NCBI GenBank assembly: GCA_963664195.1
Contig: OY760907.1
Span: forward strand, 2,176,001 to 2,240,000
Direction of reading: 5' to 3'
Source: an uncultured candidate division Zixibacteria bacterium
GTDB taxonomy: Bacteria > Zixibacteria > MSB-5A5 > GN15 > FEB-12
DNA length: 64,000 nucleotides
This document shows positions 9,299 through 19,743 of the stretch, in pieces. A program made the position numbers and the translations under genes. The notes beneath the pieces were generated by a model. That model worked only from the letters and a program-made list of their open reading frames with translations, searched no databases and was not told where the DNA came from. Numbering within the stretch: position 1 is the stretch's first letter; the number at the start of each line of letters is the position of its first letter.

Positions 9299-11353
9299 AT
9301 GAATAACCAAACAAGGATTTTTGGATTCCTGATTTCGGCGGTCCTGCTTATTGCCGCGCTCGGCTGTGGTACCGGCCACGACGAGCAGAGCACTACCAAC
9401 GTGCACGGGATCGACCCCGCCAACTTTGACACTACCTGCCAGCGCTGCCAGGATTTCTATCAATATGCCAACGGCACCTGGCTTGCCAACAACCCCGTGC
9501 CGGACGAATACGGCAGTTGGGGAACCACCCACGAAGTGTATGAGCGGAACAACTTGCTCCTGAAGGAAATCCTCGAAGAAGTATCCGCGAGCAATCCCGA
9601 AAAGGGAACCGTTGCTCAGAAGATAGGCGACTTCTATGCCAGTGGTATGGACCTTGATGAAATCAATAAACACGGAGTCGAGCCTCTCAAAGCAGACTTC
9701 GATCGTATCGCCGCGATCTCCTCTGTCGACGAATTGTGCACTGTCGTCTCCGAGTACCACGCCGAGGGTATCAATCTCATATTCGACGCACAGGCGATGG
9801 AAGACCTGATGAACTCCAGCATGGTCAACCTGTACGTCACCCAGGGGGGGCTGGGACTGCCGGAACGCGGATACTACATCCGCGAGGACGACGAGACGAC
9901 GGACCTGCGGAGACAGTACGTCGAGCATATCGCCAACATGTTCGTGTTGCTGGGCGACGATTCGACATCGGCGAAATCGCACGCCGAAGCCGTTATGGCC
10001 CTGGAGACGAAACTTGCGGAGGCGTCCTGGTCGGCCACCGATATGCGCAATTTCCCGGCCTGGTACCGGGTGAAGAGTGTCGACGAAATGGCGGCGCTTG
10101 CTCCGAACTTCCCGTGGAAGAAATACCTCGGGACCATCGGCCTGTCCCGCGTCGACAGGATGTCGATGGGGCCGGAAGGCTACTTCGAGGGGATGAACAA
10201 GGCCTTGACCGAGGTGCCGCTTGACGATTGGAAGCAGTACTGTCGGTGGCAGCTAATCGACATCAACGCGTTCTATGTCGGAGAGGATTTCGATAGGGAG
10301 CATTTCCGTTTCTTCAGCACCGTGCTGAACGGTACCAAAGAACGCTCGGATCGCTGGAAACGCGTCCTCGGTCCGGTCAACGGATTCCTAGGTGAAGGTC
10401 TGGGACAGCTCTACGTCGAGAAGGCGTTCCCGCCAGCCTCGAAAAAGCTGGCTCTGGAGATGGTCGGCAACCTCAAGACTGCGCTCCGCGAGCGCCTGGC
10501 GAATCTCGATTGGATGTCGGCGGAGACCCGGGAGAAAGCGTTGATCAAACTTGATGCGTTCAGCCAGAAAATCGGCTACCCGGACAAATGGCAGGACTAC
10601 TCCGCGCTTGAGATCGATGACGTGCCGTTTGTAGTGAATGCTCGCGCCGGACGCAGGTTCGCCAAGGAAGACGAGCTGTCGCAAGTCGGCAAAGCGCCGG
10701 ACCCGACCGAATGGGCGATGAACCCGCAGACCGTGAATGCGTATTACAACCCGCTTAAGAACGAAATTGTGTTTCCGGCCGGGATGCTCCAGCCGCCGTA
10801 TTTCGATGGTGAGATCGACAACGCGGTCAACTACGGTGCAATGGGCGCGATCATCGGTCACGAGATGTTGCACGGGTTCGACGACGGTGGCAGCCGGTTC
10901 GACAAGGACGGCAACATGGCCGAGTGGTGGACCGAGGAAGACCGCGCGAAGTTCGAGGAACGGACCGATAAGCTGGTCGCGCAGTTCGCGAACTACGTGG
11001 CGATTGACAGCCTGCACGTCAACGGCGAGCTGACGCTGGGCGAGAACATCGCCGACCTCGGCGGCCTTCGGATGGCCTACCGGGCGTTGCAGATCGCCAA
11101 CGAGGGTAAGGAAGACCCGATGATCGACGGCTTCACACAGGAGCAGCGGTTCTTCCTGTCGTACGCCCAGGCCTGGCGTCAGAACATCACCGACGAGTCA
11201 TTGAAACTCCAGGTGCAGACCGACCCGCACACGCCGAACCGGTTCCGTCTTCTGGGCACGACGTCGAACCTGGATGAATTCCAGGAGGCATTCGGCTGCA
11301 GTGACGACGATCCGGTAATGCGTGCCCGCGCCGACCGCATCAAAATCTGGTAA
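9299..11353 (+). CDS. M13 family metalloendopeptidase (PepO/neprilysin-like), lipoprotein
   Basis: Lipobox ALGC; VNAYY, HEMLH and GENIAD motifs. Confidence 0.95.
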   Translation: MNNQTRIFGFLISAVLLIAALGCGTGHDEQSTTNVHGIDPANFDTTCQRCQDFYQYANGTWLANNPVPDEYGSWGTTHEVYERNNLLLKEILEEVSASNPEKGTVAQKIGDFYASGMDLDEINKHGVEPLKADFDRIAAISSVDELCTVVSEYHAEGINLIFDAQAMEDLMNSSMVNLYVTQGGLGLPERGYYIREDDETTDLRRQYVEHIANMFVLLGDDSTSAKSHAEAVMALETKLAEASWSATDMRNFPAWYRVKSVDEMAALAPNFPWKKYLGTIGLSRVDRMSMGPEGYFEGMNKALTEVPLDDWKQYCRWQLIDINAFYVGEDFDREHFRFFSTVLNGTKERSDRWKRVLGPVNGFLGEGLGQLYVEKAFPPASKKLALEMVGNLKTALRERLANLDWMSAETREKALIKLDAFSQKIGYPDKWQDYSALEIDDVPFVVNARAGRRFAKEDELSQVGKAPDPTEWAMNPQTVNAYYNPLKNEIVFPAGMLQPPYFDGEIDNAVNYGAMGAIIGHEMLHGFDDGGSRFDKDGNMAEWWTEEDRAKFEERTDKLVAQFANYVAIDSLHVNGELTLGENIADLGGLRMAYRALQIANEGKEDPMIDGFTQEQRFFLSYAQAWRQNITDESLKLQVQTDPHTPNRFRLLGTTSNLDEFQEAFGCSDDDPVMRARADRIKIW

Positions 11354-11373
11354 TCACCACACGACCACGATTC

Positions 11374-11408
11374 AACTCCCTCTCGCCAAACGCGGGAGGG
11401 GGTTTTGT
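11374..11408 (+). terminator. Intrinsic terminator after M13 peptidase
   Basis: Stem AACTCCCTCTCGC / GCGGGAGGGGGTT with a T-rich 3' end. Confidence 0.65.
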
Positions 11409-11446
11409 CTTGGGGATTACTGGACGTTGGCTGATCTTCTCCCCTT

Positions 11447-11844
11447 GTATGTGTTGTCAGGTGTCCCCACCTGACAACTCCCTTCGTAGATGCAATCAGT
11501 ATCGACGGGTGGCCCCCTCAAACTTGTTTTGGGGGGGACCAGAACCTAGGCCAATGAAGTCTGAGCCACTTGTGCCAGTTCCGGCCACCCGACCGCTGCG
11601 CGGGCAGTCGCAGGTCTGAAGACAGCCCTTCGCTACGAATCTGAAGACTCTCTTTCCGGCAGGTTCGAAGACGAGCGTGGCTTCTTTCGCGCTTCCGTAC
11701 CTTCCCTACTGTGAAGATGGCTGGTCAGAAGAAGGGGCGGTTCAAGAAATTCAACAAAGTACAGAACGTTAGCTCTATTGGCGAACTTCGGGAAGTTTTT
11801 GACTCCGTGGTTCTTGTGGGCGGCAGACGCTTGCCGTCTGCCCC
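11447..11844. repeat. REP/BIME-like palindrome mosaic 1
   Basis: Palindrome GTTGTCAGGTG-TCCC-CACCTGACAAC (11453-11478); CGGGTGGCC...GGCCACCCG (11506-11591); GAAGAC-type copies at 11609-11636 and 11658-11709; GTGGGCGGCAGACG..CGTCTGCC (11816-11844). Confidence 0.75.
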
Positions 11845-11861
11845 AGCCTTACGCGGTAGCC

Positions 11862-12593
11862 CTACACCCCCACCATCACATCCGGCTTATTCGTGATAAT
11901 CCCGGCGACGCCTTTTGCGATCAGGCTCTTCGCAATACGGGGCTGGTTCACTGTCCACACAATTACCGGGATGTCGCGATCCTGAAGCCTCTTCAAGTAT
12001 CCCGGTACCAGCCATCGACGCTGCGGCAATAAAACATCGGCGCCGCACTTCTTGAGCCGCTCGCGCGGGCGGAATCGTTCTAGCACAGAGCGTGAGTCAG
12101 GGGAAGATCCGTGGAACCCCACCAGCAATCCGGTCACGATCCTCGCGTCGGCCCGCTTCAACGCCTTTAGACTGTTGTCAATGAACGACGTGAACAGCAC
12201 GTTGGCAGCATCGTATTCCCGCAGGACGATGTCGAGAACCTCGCTTTCATACCCAGCCTCTTTCAATTCGACATCAAGCGTGATCCGCCCGGCACAAAAC
12301 TCAACCGTCTCGCGGAGCGTTGGAATACGATAGCCCTTGCGACCAGATGCCGCGATCACTTCCTCGTACGTGAGCCGCGAAAGCGGTTGCCGCATGCCTT
12401 TGACGTTCTTGTTGTGATGAACCACAAGGACACCGTCGGCAGTGCGACGCACGTCGAACTCGATAGCGTCGGCCCCGGCCTCAATAGCAAGCTCGAACGC
12501 CTCCAGCGTGTTTTCGCGCGCCCGGTCGGAGTCGCCGCGATGGGCGATAATGAGGGGACGGTCAGTGTTTGTGAGGTTGGTGAAGGTTTGCAT
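11862..12593 (-). CDS. Glycerophosphodiester phosphodiesterase
   Basis: IIAHRG, ENT, IEFDV and WTVN motifs. Confidence 0.92.
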   Translation of the reverse strand: MQTFTNLTNTDRPLIIAHRGDSDRARENTLEAFELAIEAGADAIEFDVRRTADGVLVVHHNKNVKGMRQPLSRLTYEEVIAASGRKGYRIPTLRETVEFCAGRITLDVELKEAGYESEVLDIVLREYDAANVLFTSFIDNSLKALKRADARIVTGLLVGFHGSSPDSRSVLERFRPRERLKKCGADVLLPQRRWLVPGYLKRLQDRDIPVIVWTVNQPRIAKSLIAKGVAGIITNKPDVMVGV

Positions 12594-12612
12594 AGCGTTT
12601 ATGTGGAATCCT

Positions 12613-12784
12613 GTAGGTCACAACCCCTGCGGTTTTGACATGTTATTGTCGAAAGCACCAGGCAACATAGTCGCGCTGGTTTCGACCTATTTGGCCCGGC
12701 GGGTTCGAAGACAGACCCGCCCAACGAAGACAACTCCAAGTCAATCTCCGATGCAATGTCGAAACTGCAAGAGTTTCGACCTAC
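12613..12784. repeat. REP-like mosaic 2 (inverted REP doublet, REPIN-like)
   Basis: GTAGGTCACAAC..GTTTTGAC at 12613; inverted GTCGAAAC..GTTTCGACCTAC at 12757-12784; internal copies at 12647-12690 and 12698-12725. Confidence 0.8.
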
Positions 12785-12806
12785 AAGAATTTAGATACGT
12801 GGGGCG

Positions 12807-13415
12807 CTAAATGACTGTTTCTGCGGAGTGTTGGTGGTCGATCGGGTCGGTCAATTCGCGGCTGTTGGCGTTGATGTCGGCGATCTGTTTCATCAGCCGA
12901 TTAGTGCAAATCTGCATTTCGGTCAACAGGTGATAGGTCGTCTGGTCGACCTCGAAATCGTCAGATATTTTGCGAATCAAATCCGCCTCGACATCGTTAA
13001 GCCGTTCGGCGCTGCGATTCAGTATCAGGATTCGATGCGAATGGTCGCTTTCGTCGAGAAGTTGCCGTATGCGATCGTTCAGATCGGCCTCGGTTGCAGT
13101 CTGGACTGCCTTCGTTTCCGTCTTCACTCGGGACTGAAGGCGGGTGTCGATGAACATGATCAGGCCGCCGAGAGCGATTGTCACGGCGGTAGCGACTGCC
13201 ACCAGGGGCAGCAGAAAGTCGCCGCTCAACATGCCGTGAATGCTGACCTGTCCGTTTGTGATGTTGTATGCGAGGAAATATCCGCCTGCCAGAGTGCCTG
13301 TCATCACGGTAGTGAAGAGGGCCAGAAGATGAGCCGCAAGAGTGACGAGGCTCTTTCCGCCCGTAAGCCGCATGGCGCATCGCGCGCCGCTTGATTGCAA
13401 AGCCTTCGACTTCAT
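12807..13415 (-). CDS. Hypothetical membrane protein (2 TM + helical cytoplasmic region)
   Basis: About 200-aa ORF with two hydrophobic segments; start uncertain (13421, 13415 or 13379). Confidence 0.6.
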   Translation of the reverse strand: MKSKALQSSGARCAMRLTGGKSLVTLAAHLLALFTTVMTGTLAGGYFLAYNITNGQVSIHGMLSGDFLLPLVAVATAVTIALGGLIMFIDTRLQSRVKTETKAVQTATEADLNDRIRQLLDESDHSHRILILNRSAERLNDVEADLIRKISDDFEVDQTTYHLLTEMQICTNRLMKQIADINANSRELTDPIDHQHSAETVI

Positions 13416-13429
13416 AATCATACCTGTTA

Positions 13430-13457
13430 GTATCGGAATCTTGCCGGACAATATTTA
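13430..13457 (-). promoter_or_regulatory. Putative sigma28-like promoter
   Basis: TAAA-N16-TCCGATAC on the minus strand just upstream of the 12807 gene. Confidence 0.4.
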
Positions 13458-13576
13458 ACCTCATCTGTCCTGTTATTGCGAATGTATAAAGAACCGCCCC
13501 GCAACCTGACACTTGCTGCCGGTCAAAAGGCCCGGTGAGGCGCGGGAGTTTCAACTTGACTTTGGGCGTAGAGGAG

Positions 13577-14743
13577 ATGCACCTTAACAATATGGAATCG
13601 GCACCACATTTTAATTTCAAGGATGTCCTCTGGGCACCTGCCCGGGCGTTGTCGGCCAAACAGATTCTGGTTATGACGCTATTCCTGCTCATGGGGTTGG
13701 GCGTGTACGACTTGTTTACTTATCTGGCGTACGCCGTCAATGGGGAGAGCGTGAGTCGGGCGTTTTCGGTCTATGGGTTTTTCCCGTTTGAACGGTTTGT
13801 TTTTGACTCCTGGTCAGCGCAGGGCGTATATGCGACCGGTATGGCGCTGTCGGTTCTATCGGTGATGTTGGGATTTCTCGGTGTTGGAGCGATCAATATC
13901 GAGGCGGTTCGCGGCAACCGGTTCTTCAGCGCCAAACAGGCGATCAAGTTTGCGTTCGGACGATTCACTCAGGTCTTTTTTGCTGAGATATCAATTGTCA
14001 TGTTTGTGGGATTCATCATCCTGCTCTTTTTCCTGCTGGGGCTGGTCAGTCGGATTCCGGTGGTCGGTGAGTGGATATTCATCCTGTTGTTTGCCGTTCC
14101 GAATTTCATTATCGCTATTATTTCGATTTTCATCATTTTCGTCTTTTCGTTGACCGTCCTGCTATTGCCGGCTGTGGCTGCGGCAGAGCGACGGGGGGAG
14201 ACGTTTACGGCCATTCTGGAGACGTTTTCCACCATTATCCTCCAGCCGTTCAGGTGGGCGGGGTATACCGTGTATGCGATTGTGGCTGCTAAGGCGTGCA
14301 GTTTCGTGTACGCCTATTTCGCTTATCGAGCCGTGCAGTTGCTGACCTGGTCTGCGGCGCTGGGTGGAGGAGTGAAGATACGACGGCTGGTGGAATCCGG
14401 GTTGGCGAATCTGCCGGTGAAATCGGACGTCTGTCGAGAGACCTGCAATCTACTTCCGGAAGTGAAGTTCGGGTTTGATCTCTACGCTGTGGCCGGGGTG
14501 CCCTCAGACAGCATGGCGGCGTACGCGATGGCGTTTATGATTTTCCTCGTGTTCGCCTCTGTCATAGGATACATGTTTGCGATAATCGCCGCCGGCCAGG
14601 CGCGGGGGTATGTGGCGCTTCGGTATATCAAGGACGGCTACAGTGTCGCCGACGAGGATTCGCTGTTCTTCACGCCGGAGCCTGTCAATGAGGAAGTAGG
14701 TGTCAAGGAGCGTAGACCCGTTCCCGATAACGAGAACGATTGA
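13577..14743 (+). CDS. Hypothetical polytopic membrane protein
   Basis: Long ORF with several hydrophobic helices; start uncertain (ATG 13577 directly follows GAGGAG; ATG 13592 also possible). Confidence 0.75.
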   Translation: MHLNNMESAPHFNFKDVLWAPARALSAKQILVMTLFLLMGLGVYDLFTYLAYAVNGESVSRAFSVYGFFPFERFVFDSWSAQGVYATGMALSVLSVMLGFLGVGAINIEAVRGNRFFSAKQAIKFAFGRFTQVFFAEISIVMFVGFIILLFFLLGLVSRIPVVGEWIFILLFAVPNFIIAIISIFIIFVFSLTVLLLPAVAAAERRGETFTAILETFSTIILQPFRWAGYTVYAIVAAKACSFVYAYFAYRAVQLLTWSAALGGGVKIRRLVESGLANLPVKSDVCRETCNLLPEVKFGFDLYAVAGVPSDSMAAYAMAFMIFLVFASVIGYMFAIIAAGQARGYVALRYIKDGYSVADEDSLFFTPEPVNEEVGVKERRPVPDNEND

Positions 14744-14810
14744 GCCAGGGGCTGGTTCTACACTGTAGTTGAGTACACGCTGCCACGGGGACTGATTTGG
14801 AGGAGCACAC

Positions 14811-15269
14811 ATGCCGAAACCGTTTGAACACAACATAAAGCAAACTACATTCATTGCCGTCCCGCCGGAGAAGGTGTTTGATACGATAACCTCCGCCGAA
14901 AGCTGGAATGCCTTTTTTACGACCGGCATGGAGTTGGATCCTCAACCGGGGGGGAGGTTCGTCTGGCGATGGAAAGACTGGGGGCCGGATTTCTACTCGC
15001 TGGAGGTTGTGGGCAAAGTGCACGAGGTTGAGCGTCCTGAACGGTTTGTCTTCGAATGGGGGTCGAAACGTCCCACCCTGGTCTCCCTTGATCTTACCGG
15101 GGAACTCGGAGGTACGGTCGTGCGGCTCACCGAGACCGGGTATCTCGACACCCCTCGCGACAGAGACATGATCCTCGAATGCGCCTGCGGTTGGGGAGAA
15201 GCCCTTACGCTGCTTAAATTCTATCTCGAACACGGAGTTGTGTACACTCCGGCGAAAAAACCGGAGTGA
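14811..15269 (+). CDS. SRPBCC/AHSA1 (START-like) domain protein
   Basis: SD GGAGG; PPEKVF..W, PERFVFEW, GW...LK pattern. Confidence 0.85.
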   Translation: MPKPFEHNIKQTTFIAVPPEKVFDTITSAESWNAFFTTGMELDPQPGGRFVWRWKDWGPDFYSLEVVGKVHEVERPERFVFEWGSKRPTLVSLDLTGELGGTVVRLTETGYLDTPRDRDMILECACGWGEALTLLKFYLEHGVVYTPAKKPE

Positions 15270-15279
15270 TCCTACTCCC

Positions 15280-16152
15280 ATGAAGATCATCCGTTCGCTC
15301 AAGTCAATGCAGGCGCATTCCCGTCAGGCTGTAGCCGCGGGCCACCGGATCGGCCTGGTGCCGACTATGGGCTACCTGCACGAGGGGCATCTCTCCTTGA
15401 TTCGAAGAGCCGCGAAAGCTGCCGATGTCATAGTCACCACGATATTCGTCAATCCGACTCAGTTTGCTCCCGGCGAAGACCTGGAGAAGTACCCGCGAGA
15501 TGAAAAGAGGGACGTTCGTCGTATCAAGGCCGCATTGCAATCAGTCTCAGATGAAACCGAATCACTCGGCGTTGTGTACATAGCACGAGCCGAGGAGATG
15601 TACCCGGATGGTTTTCAGACTTGGGTGGAGGTTACAGGACTAACCCAATCGCTTGAAGGTTCCAAACGTCCGACCCATTTTCGCGGCGTTACCACAATCG
15701 TCACCAAGCTGTTTAACATTATCCGACCGGATGTGGCCGTGTTCGGCCAGAAAGATTACCAGCAGGCGGCGGTGTTAAAGCAGATGACTCGCGACCTCGG
15801 GTTTCCAATCAAGTTGGTTGTAGCACCAACCGTTCGTGAGCGCGACGGCCTTGCCATGTCCTCTCGCAACGCCTACCTCGACGAGCAGGGGCGGCGAGAG
15901 GCGCTGTGTCTCTTTCGTGCCCTGACCACCGCGAGAGAGCTGGTGAGATCAGGTGTGCTTGCTTCCAACGACATTCAAAGAGAAATGCGAGCGGTCATAA
16001 AGGCTACCTGTCCGACAGCGGTCATCGACTACATTGCATTCACCGATTTCGACAGCCTGAATCCGGTGAAAGAGATCGCCGGGAATACCGTATGCTCGTT
16101 GGCGGTTCATATTCACCGCGTACGATTGATCGACAACATGAAGTTGCGCTGA
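15280..16152 (+). CDS. panC: Pantoate--beta-alanine ligase
   Basis: VPTMGYLHEGH, RPTHFRGV, FGQKDYQQ, GLAMSSRN, RLIDN. Confidence 0.97.
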   Translation: MKIIRSLKSMQAHSRQAVAAGHRIGLVPTMGYLHEGHLSLIRRAAKAADVIVTTIFVNPTQFAPGEDLEKYPRDEKRDVRRIKAALQSVSDETESLGVVYIARAEEMYPDGFQTWVEVTGLTQSLEGSKRPTHFRGVTTIVTKLFNIIRPDVAVFGQKDYQQAAVLKQMTRDLGFPIKLVVAPTVRERDGLAMSSRNAYLDEQGRREALCLFRALTTARELVRSGVLASNDIQREMRAVIKATCPTAVIDYIAFTDFDSLNPVKEIAGNTVCSLAVHIHRVRLIDNMKLR

Positions 16153-16274
16153 TACCGGCCAAAAGCGACCTGATTCCGGTCTGTTTGACTGATTCCCACA
16201 AAACAGAAATACCCCTTGACCCGCGGGAACAATTGCATAGATTGTCCGGCAAATTTCGACTTGTGGAGAAGGTG

Positions 16275-16751
16275 ATGAAAGACCACACAACAATCCAGAT
16301 CGAATCTCCGGGTGTGAATGTTGCAGTCGTGAAAGAAGATGATGACGGCTGGAAATTCCTCCTGTTGCAGCGGGCCGAGAGAGAATCCTATTCGGGCACC
16401 TGGGGCTTTGTGACCGGCGGAAAGACGGGTGATGAGACCGTTGCTCAGGTTGTGAAGCGTGAGGTTACGGAAGAAACTGGTCTTACGCCGGAGCGGATGT
16501 TTGCCACCGAGTATCTGGTGCAATTCTATGAGCCGGAATACGATAAGATTTGGGTTCTGCCGCTTATCGTGGCTGTTGTTTCCTCCGACGCTGAGGTGGA
16601 GCTCTCCGAAGAGAACAGTGATTTTCGCTGGTTGCAGGCCAGTCGAGCCAAGAGGCTGGTCAATTGGAAGAACCTCGTCAAGGCAATTGACGACGTTACA
16701 GAAGAGCTGGAGCTGTATCCTGCCCACAACTGGGTAGAAATCAGCGCCTGA
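16275..16751 (+). CDS. NUDIX hydrolase (NudB/dATP pyrophosphohydrolase-like)
   Basis: FLLLQR; VTGGKTGDET...KREVTEETGL Nudix box. Confidence 0.85.
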   Translation: MKDHTTIQIESPGVNVAVVKEDDDGWKFLLLQRAERESYSGTWGFVTGGKTGDETVAQVVKREVTEETGLTPERMFATEYLVQFYEPEYDKIWVLPLIVAVVSSDAEVELSEENSDFRWLQASRAKRLVNWKNLVKAIDDVTEELELYPAHNWVEISA

Positions 16752-16861
16752 TCCTGTTTGGCGAGATGTTTTGCCTGCAAGCCCCTTTGGAACTGTCACA
16801 CGGGCTGTCGGGTTTAAGATTTTGTTGCCGAAGACTGGGATTGGCCGTATTTTGCAACTCC

Positions 16862-16889
16862 TTGCGCATCCGTAGGAATGTGCTATATT
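16862..16889 (+). promoter_or_regulatory. Putative sigma70 promoter of panD
   Basis: TTGCGC-N16-TATATT with extended TG. Confidence 0.45.
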
Positions 16890-16930
16890 GGAAGTCGCTT
16901 GCAACGGGAGAGCGTAACAGGTAGTAGGCT

Positions 16931-17284
16931 ATGTTGATATCTGTATGTAAGTCAAAAATTCATCGCGCCACAATCACCGACGCCGACTTGAACTATGTCG
17001 GTTCGCTGACTATTGACGAAGATCTGATGAATGCGGCCGATCTCATCGAGTACGAAAAGATCGCTGTCGCCAATATCAATAACGGTCAGCGTTTTGAGAC
17101 TTACGTTATTAAAGGCGAAGCCGGAAGCGGAGTGATTGCCCTGAACGGAGCCGCCGCTCGACGGGGCGAGGTCGGTGACCTGATCATTATTATTGCCTAT
17201 GGTCAGATCGAAAAGGAAGAGGCGGCCGAATTCGAACCCGCTATTGTATTTGTCGACGAATATAACAAGCCCGTATCCAAATAG
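16931..17284 (+). CDS. panD: Aspartate 1-decarboxylase
   Basis: [15 protein letters not shown] self-cleavage site, RFETY, NGAAAR. Confidence 0.97.
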   Translation: MLISVCKSKIHRATITDADLNYVGSLTIDEDLMNAADLIEYEKIAVANINNGQRFETYVIKGEAGSGVIALNGAAARRGEVGDLIIIIAYGQIEKEEAAEFEPAIVFVDEYNKPVSK

Positions 17285-17358
17285 TCTTCAAAGACCTTCC
17301 CGTTAGCCCGCGGTCATGGGCACCGCGATTTGTCACACCGGAATTCTAGAGGGATAGT

Positions 17359-18108
17359 GTGTTGTCTGCCAAACGATCTGTAGTTGTCCTTGCCGCCGGC
17401 AAAGGCAAGCGAATGAAATCTGACCTGCCCAAGGTCCTTCACGAAATCAGCGGTCGCCCGATGATAGCAATCCTCCTTGACCGGTTGAAGAAGATGCGTT
17501 TCGACCGAATCATCGTGGTGATCGGACACAAAGGCGAGCAGGTCCAGGAGGCACTGGCCGATTACGATGTCGATTTCGTCTGGCAGCGCGAACAACTTGG
17601 GACCGGACACGCCGTCAAAATGGCCCGTGAAAAACTGGCCGGGTTTGAGGGGATAACGCTGGTGGCGGCGGGTGACGTTCCGTATCTGTCAGAGAAATCG
17701 ATCGAGAAGCTGCTGAGCCTGCACGACAGGACTGGCGCTGTGGCGACCTGTCTCTCGGCGGTTTTCGATGATCCCACCGGCTACGGCCGGATTATTCGCG
17801 AAGACGGGACTGATATTCTGAAGGACATTGTCGAGCATAAGGACGCCTCTGAGGAGATCAGGCAGATCAGGGAAATAAATTCCGGGACGTTCTGCTTTGA
17901 CACCCGAACGCTTTTCAATACGATTGAAGAGATTGGCAAAGAGAACGCTCAGGGGGAATACTACCTGACGGATGCAGTCAAGATATTGCATCAGAAGGGC
18001 TTGCGTGTTTCGGTGACACCGGCTGACAACCCGGAGGAAGTACTGGGAGTCAATTCGATTGATCAGCTTGAAGAACTGGCTGCCAAATTCGCCGACCCCG
18101 GCCGCTGA
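17359..18108 (+). CDS. glmU: GlmU N-terminal-like nucleotidyltransferase (no acetyltransferase domain)
   Basis: LAAGKGKRMKSDLPKVLH, EQLGTGHAV, GYGRI, NAQGEYYLTD; ends after GVN. Confidence 0.85.
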   Translation: MLSAKRSVVVLAAGKGKRMKSDLPKVLHEISGRPMIAILLDRLKKMRFDRIIVVIGHKGEQVQEALADYDVDFVWQREQLGTGHAVKMAREKLAGFEGITLVAAGDVPYLSEKSIEKLLSLHDRTGAVATCLSAVFDDPTGYGRIIREDGTDILKDIVEHKDASEEIRQIREINSGTFCFDTRTLFNTIEEIGKENAQGEYYLTDAVKILHQKGLRVSVTPADNPEEVLGVNSIDQLEELAAKFADPGR

Positions 18109-18259
18109 GAATTGTTTCAACCAAACCTTGCCTGAAGCGTTATAACAATATGCTGTGCAGACCGGTCCATGCCGGCCGATAACTGAATACGGGGCACCGA
18201 TTTTGGTTGACGGTGCGGTAATTGGGCGGTAAATTCAAGCAGGAGTTTGAGATAGATCT

Positions 18260-18742
18260 ATGTTAAAGAATCTACTGACAGTATTGATAGTGATCGTATG
18301 CGCAGCCCCGCTGTTGGCCCAGCAGGCCGGGATTCCCGGTCCGGCGAATACAACCCCGGCTCCGTCTGGTATTGGGGTGAAACCAGCGCTGACACCGTGG
18401 TCACTGTTGTCGAGCGACAAGATTACGTGGTCGCACAGCTACTCAGTCTCCTATTTCTCGGGCGGGAACACGTCCAGCTCCGTTGGTTTTCTGCACACGA
18501 CCATGAATTATGAGATCTCGTCGAAACTCTCGCTGTCGATCAATCTCGGCATGCGGCACAACGCCGGTGCCTTGTTTGGCAGCGGTGATTATGACGCGTC
18601 GATTCTACCCGGATTCCGGCTCGATTATCGCCCGAGTGACAACGTATTTATGTCGGTAAGTGTTCAGACGTATGAAGGATATGTGTATCCATACTATGGA
18701 CGGAACTATTATCGGCGTGTCAGTCCTTACTTGATTGACTGA
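18260..18742 (+). CDS. Hypothetical secreted/outer-membrane protein
   Basis: SD GCAGGAG; signal peptide; beta-strand-rich mature part. Confidence 0.7.
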   Translation: MLKNLLTVLIVIVCAAPLLAQQAGIPGPANTTPAPSGIGVKPALTPWSLLSSDKITWSHSYSVSYFSGGNTSSSVGFLHTTMNYEISSKLSLSINLGMRHNAGALFGSGDYDASILPGFRLDYRPSDNVFMSVSVQTYEGYVYPYYGRNYYRRVSPYLID

Positions 18743-18794
18743 TGCGTCTAACCTGCACGTCAGACAGTTGTTGAAAATCCTCCTACCCGAATGA

Positions 18795-19325
18795 ATGTTT
18801 AAATCCAAACGATCTCGAGGGTCCAGACCCTCATCATCAGAAAAATCAGGATCACGCAAAATCCGCCCGGTTCTGCGCCGATCAGTCGATCTGCTGATCG
18901 TTCTCGGTGTGGCGGCGGCGGTAGTGTATCTTCTTCCGCTGGTCATCAAGATCAGTCGTGGGTATTCGCGTACCCAGGAGACCCCGGACCGGGTGGTGTA
19001 TCTGCAGGTTGTCGACGGTCAGTCCGATGCCGGTCTGGCGCGCAAGGTGAAGGCGGGACTCAAGGATATTGCCAAAGGAGAAATGCAGATCGAGATCGTG
19101 GATTCCGACAGATTTGAGTTGCGCAATGTGTTACGATCATTCATTATAGCGCGGGAGGAGGATCCGACAACGGCCCGCATGTTAGCCGAACGTCTGGGGT
19201 TAAACCCGGACGAGGTGAGTTATAAACCACTTCTGAACAACAACCAACATGCAACAGCAACGCTGGTGCTGGGCAACGATGCTGCAAAGCTCCTGCCTCA
19301 GGACAGCGTTACAATGGAGAATTGA
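18795..19325 (+). CDS. LytR C-terminal domain-like membrane protein
   Basis: Single TM; LQVVDG...GLA and ATLVLGND motifs; typical position before rsfS. Confidence 0.7.
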   Translation: MFKSKRSRGSRPSSSEKSGSRKIRPVLRRSVDLLIVLGVAAAVVYLLPLVIKISRGYSRTQETPDRVVYLQVVDGQSDAGLARKVKAGLKDIAKGEMQIEIVDSDRFELRNVLRSFIIAREEDPTTARMLAERLGLNPDEVSYKPLLNNNQHATATLVLGNDAAKLLPQDSVTMEN

Positions 19326-19693
19326 TTAGAGGTTTGAATACAGAATTGTCCGCACTGGAGCTTGCCCGACTGGCCGGACGAATGGCCCTCGACAAGAAGG
19401 GATTCGACATTCGAATCCTGAAGCTGACCGACATCTCTTCCATTTGCGATTACTTCGTAATCGTTTCGGGAGAGGCCGACGTTCAGGTGAAGGCGATTGC
19501 GAAGGCTATTCGGGGCGGATTGCGAGATGCCGGGTATCGGACCTCTTTTCGCGAGGGACTGGACGACGGTAACTGGGTGTTGTTGGATTACGGATCTGTG
19601 GTGGTCCACGTGTTCCGTGAGCCGACTCGCCAGTTCTACGCGCTCGAGAAGCTATGGGGCGATGCCCCGGTTGAAGAGCTGGCAGACAACTGA
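19322..19693 (+). CDS. rsfS: Ribosome silencing factor
   Basis: DKKGFDI, DYFVI, WVLLDYG, VVHVF, RQFYALEKLW. Confidence 0.95.
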   Translation: MIRGLNTELSALELARLAGRMALDKKGFDIRILKLTDISSICDYFVIVSGEADVQVKAIAKAIRGGLRDAGYRTSFREGLDDGNWVLLDYGSVVVHVFREPTRQFYALEKLWGDAPVEELADN

Positions 19694-19743
19694 TCCGCGA
19701 ATTGCACAACCGCAGACAACGACAATAACAATACAGGTAGCGT

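Noticed and set aside
11447..11844. CRISPR array in the repeat-rich intergenic regions
   Set aside because: Repeats are degenerate, of mixed families and orientations, without regular spacers; no cas genes in the window
15906..16274. N-terminal extensions in the ORF track (Nudix 15906, DegT 6780, ATPase 39152, YbaK 61078, FtsE 21349)
   Set aside because: They overlap upstream genes or intergenic DNA; downstream starts fit the family N-termini better, several with an SD
16768..16856. Sigma54-like TGGC...TTGC motifs upstream of panD
   Set aside because: GG-GC spacing is 11 and 9 nt rather than the required 10
17359..18108. Truncated glmU as a pseudogene
   Set aside because: Ends cleanly at the domain boundary with no downstream LbH remnant; monofunctional forms are known in bacteria
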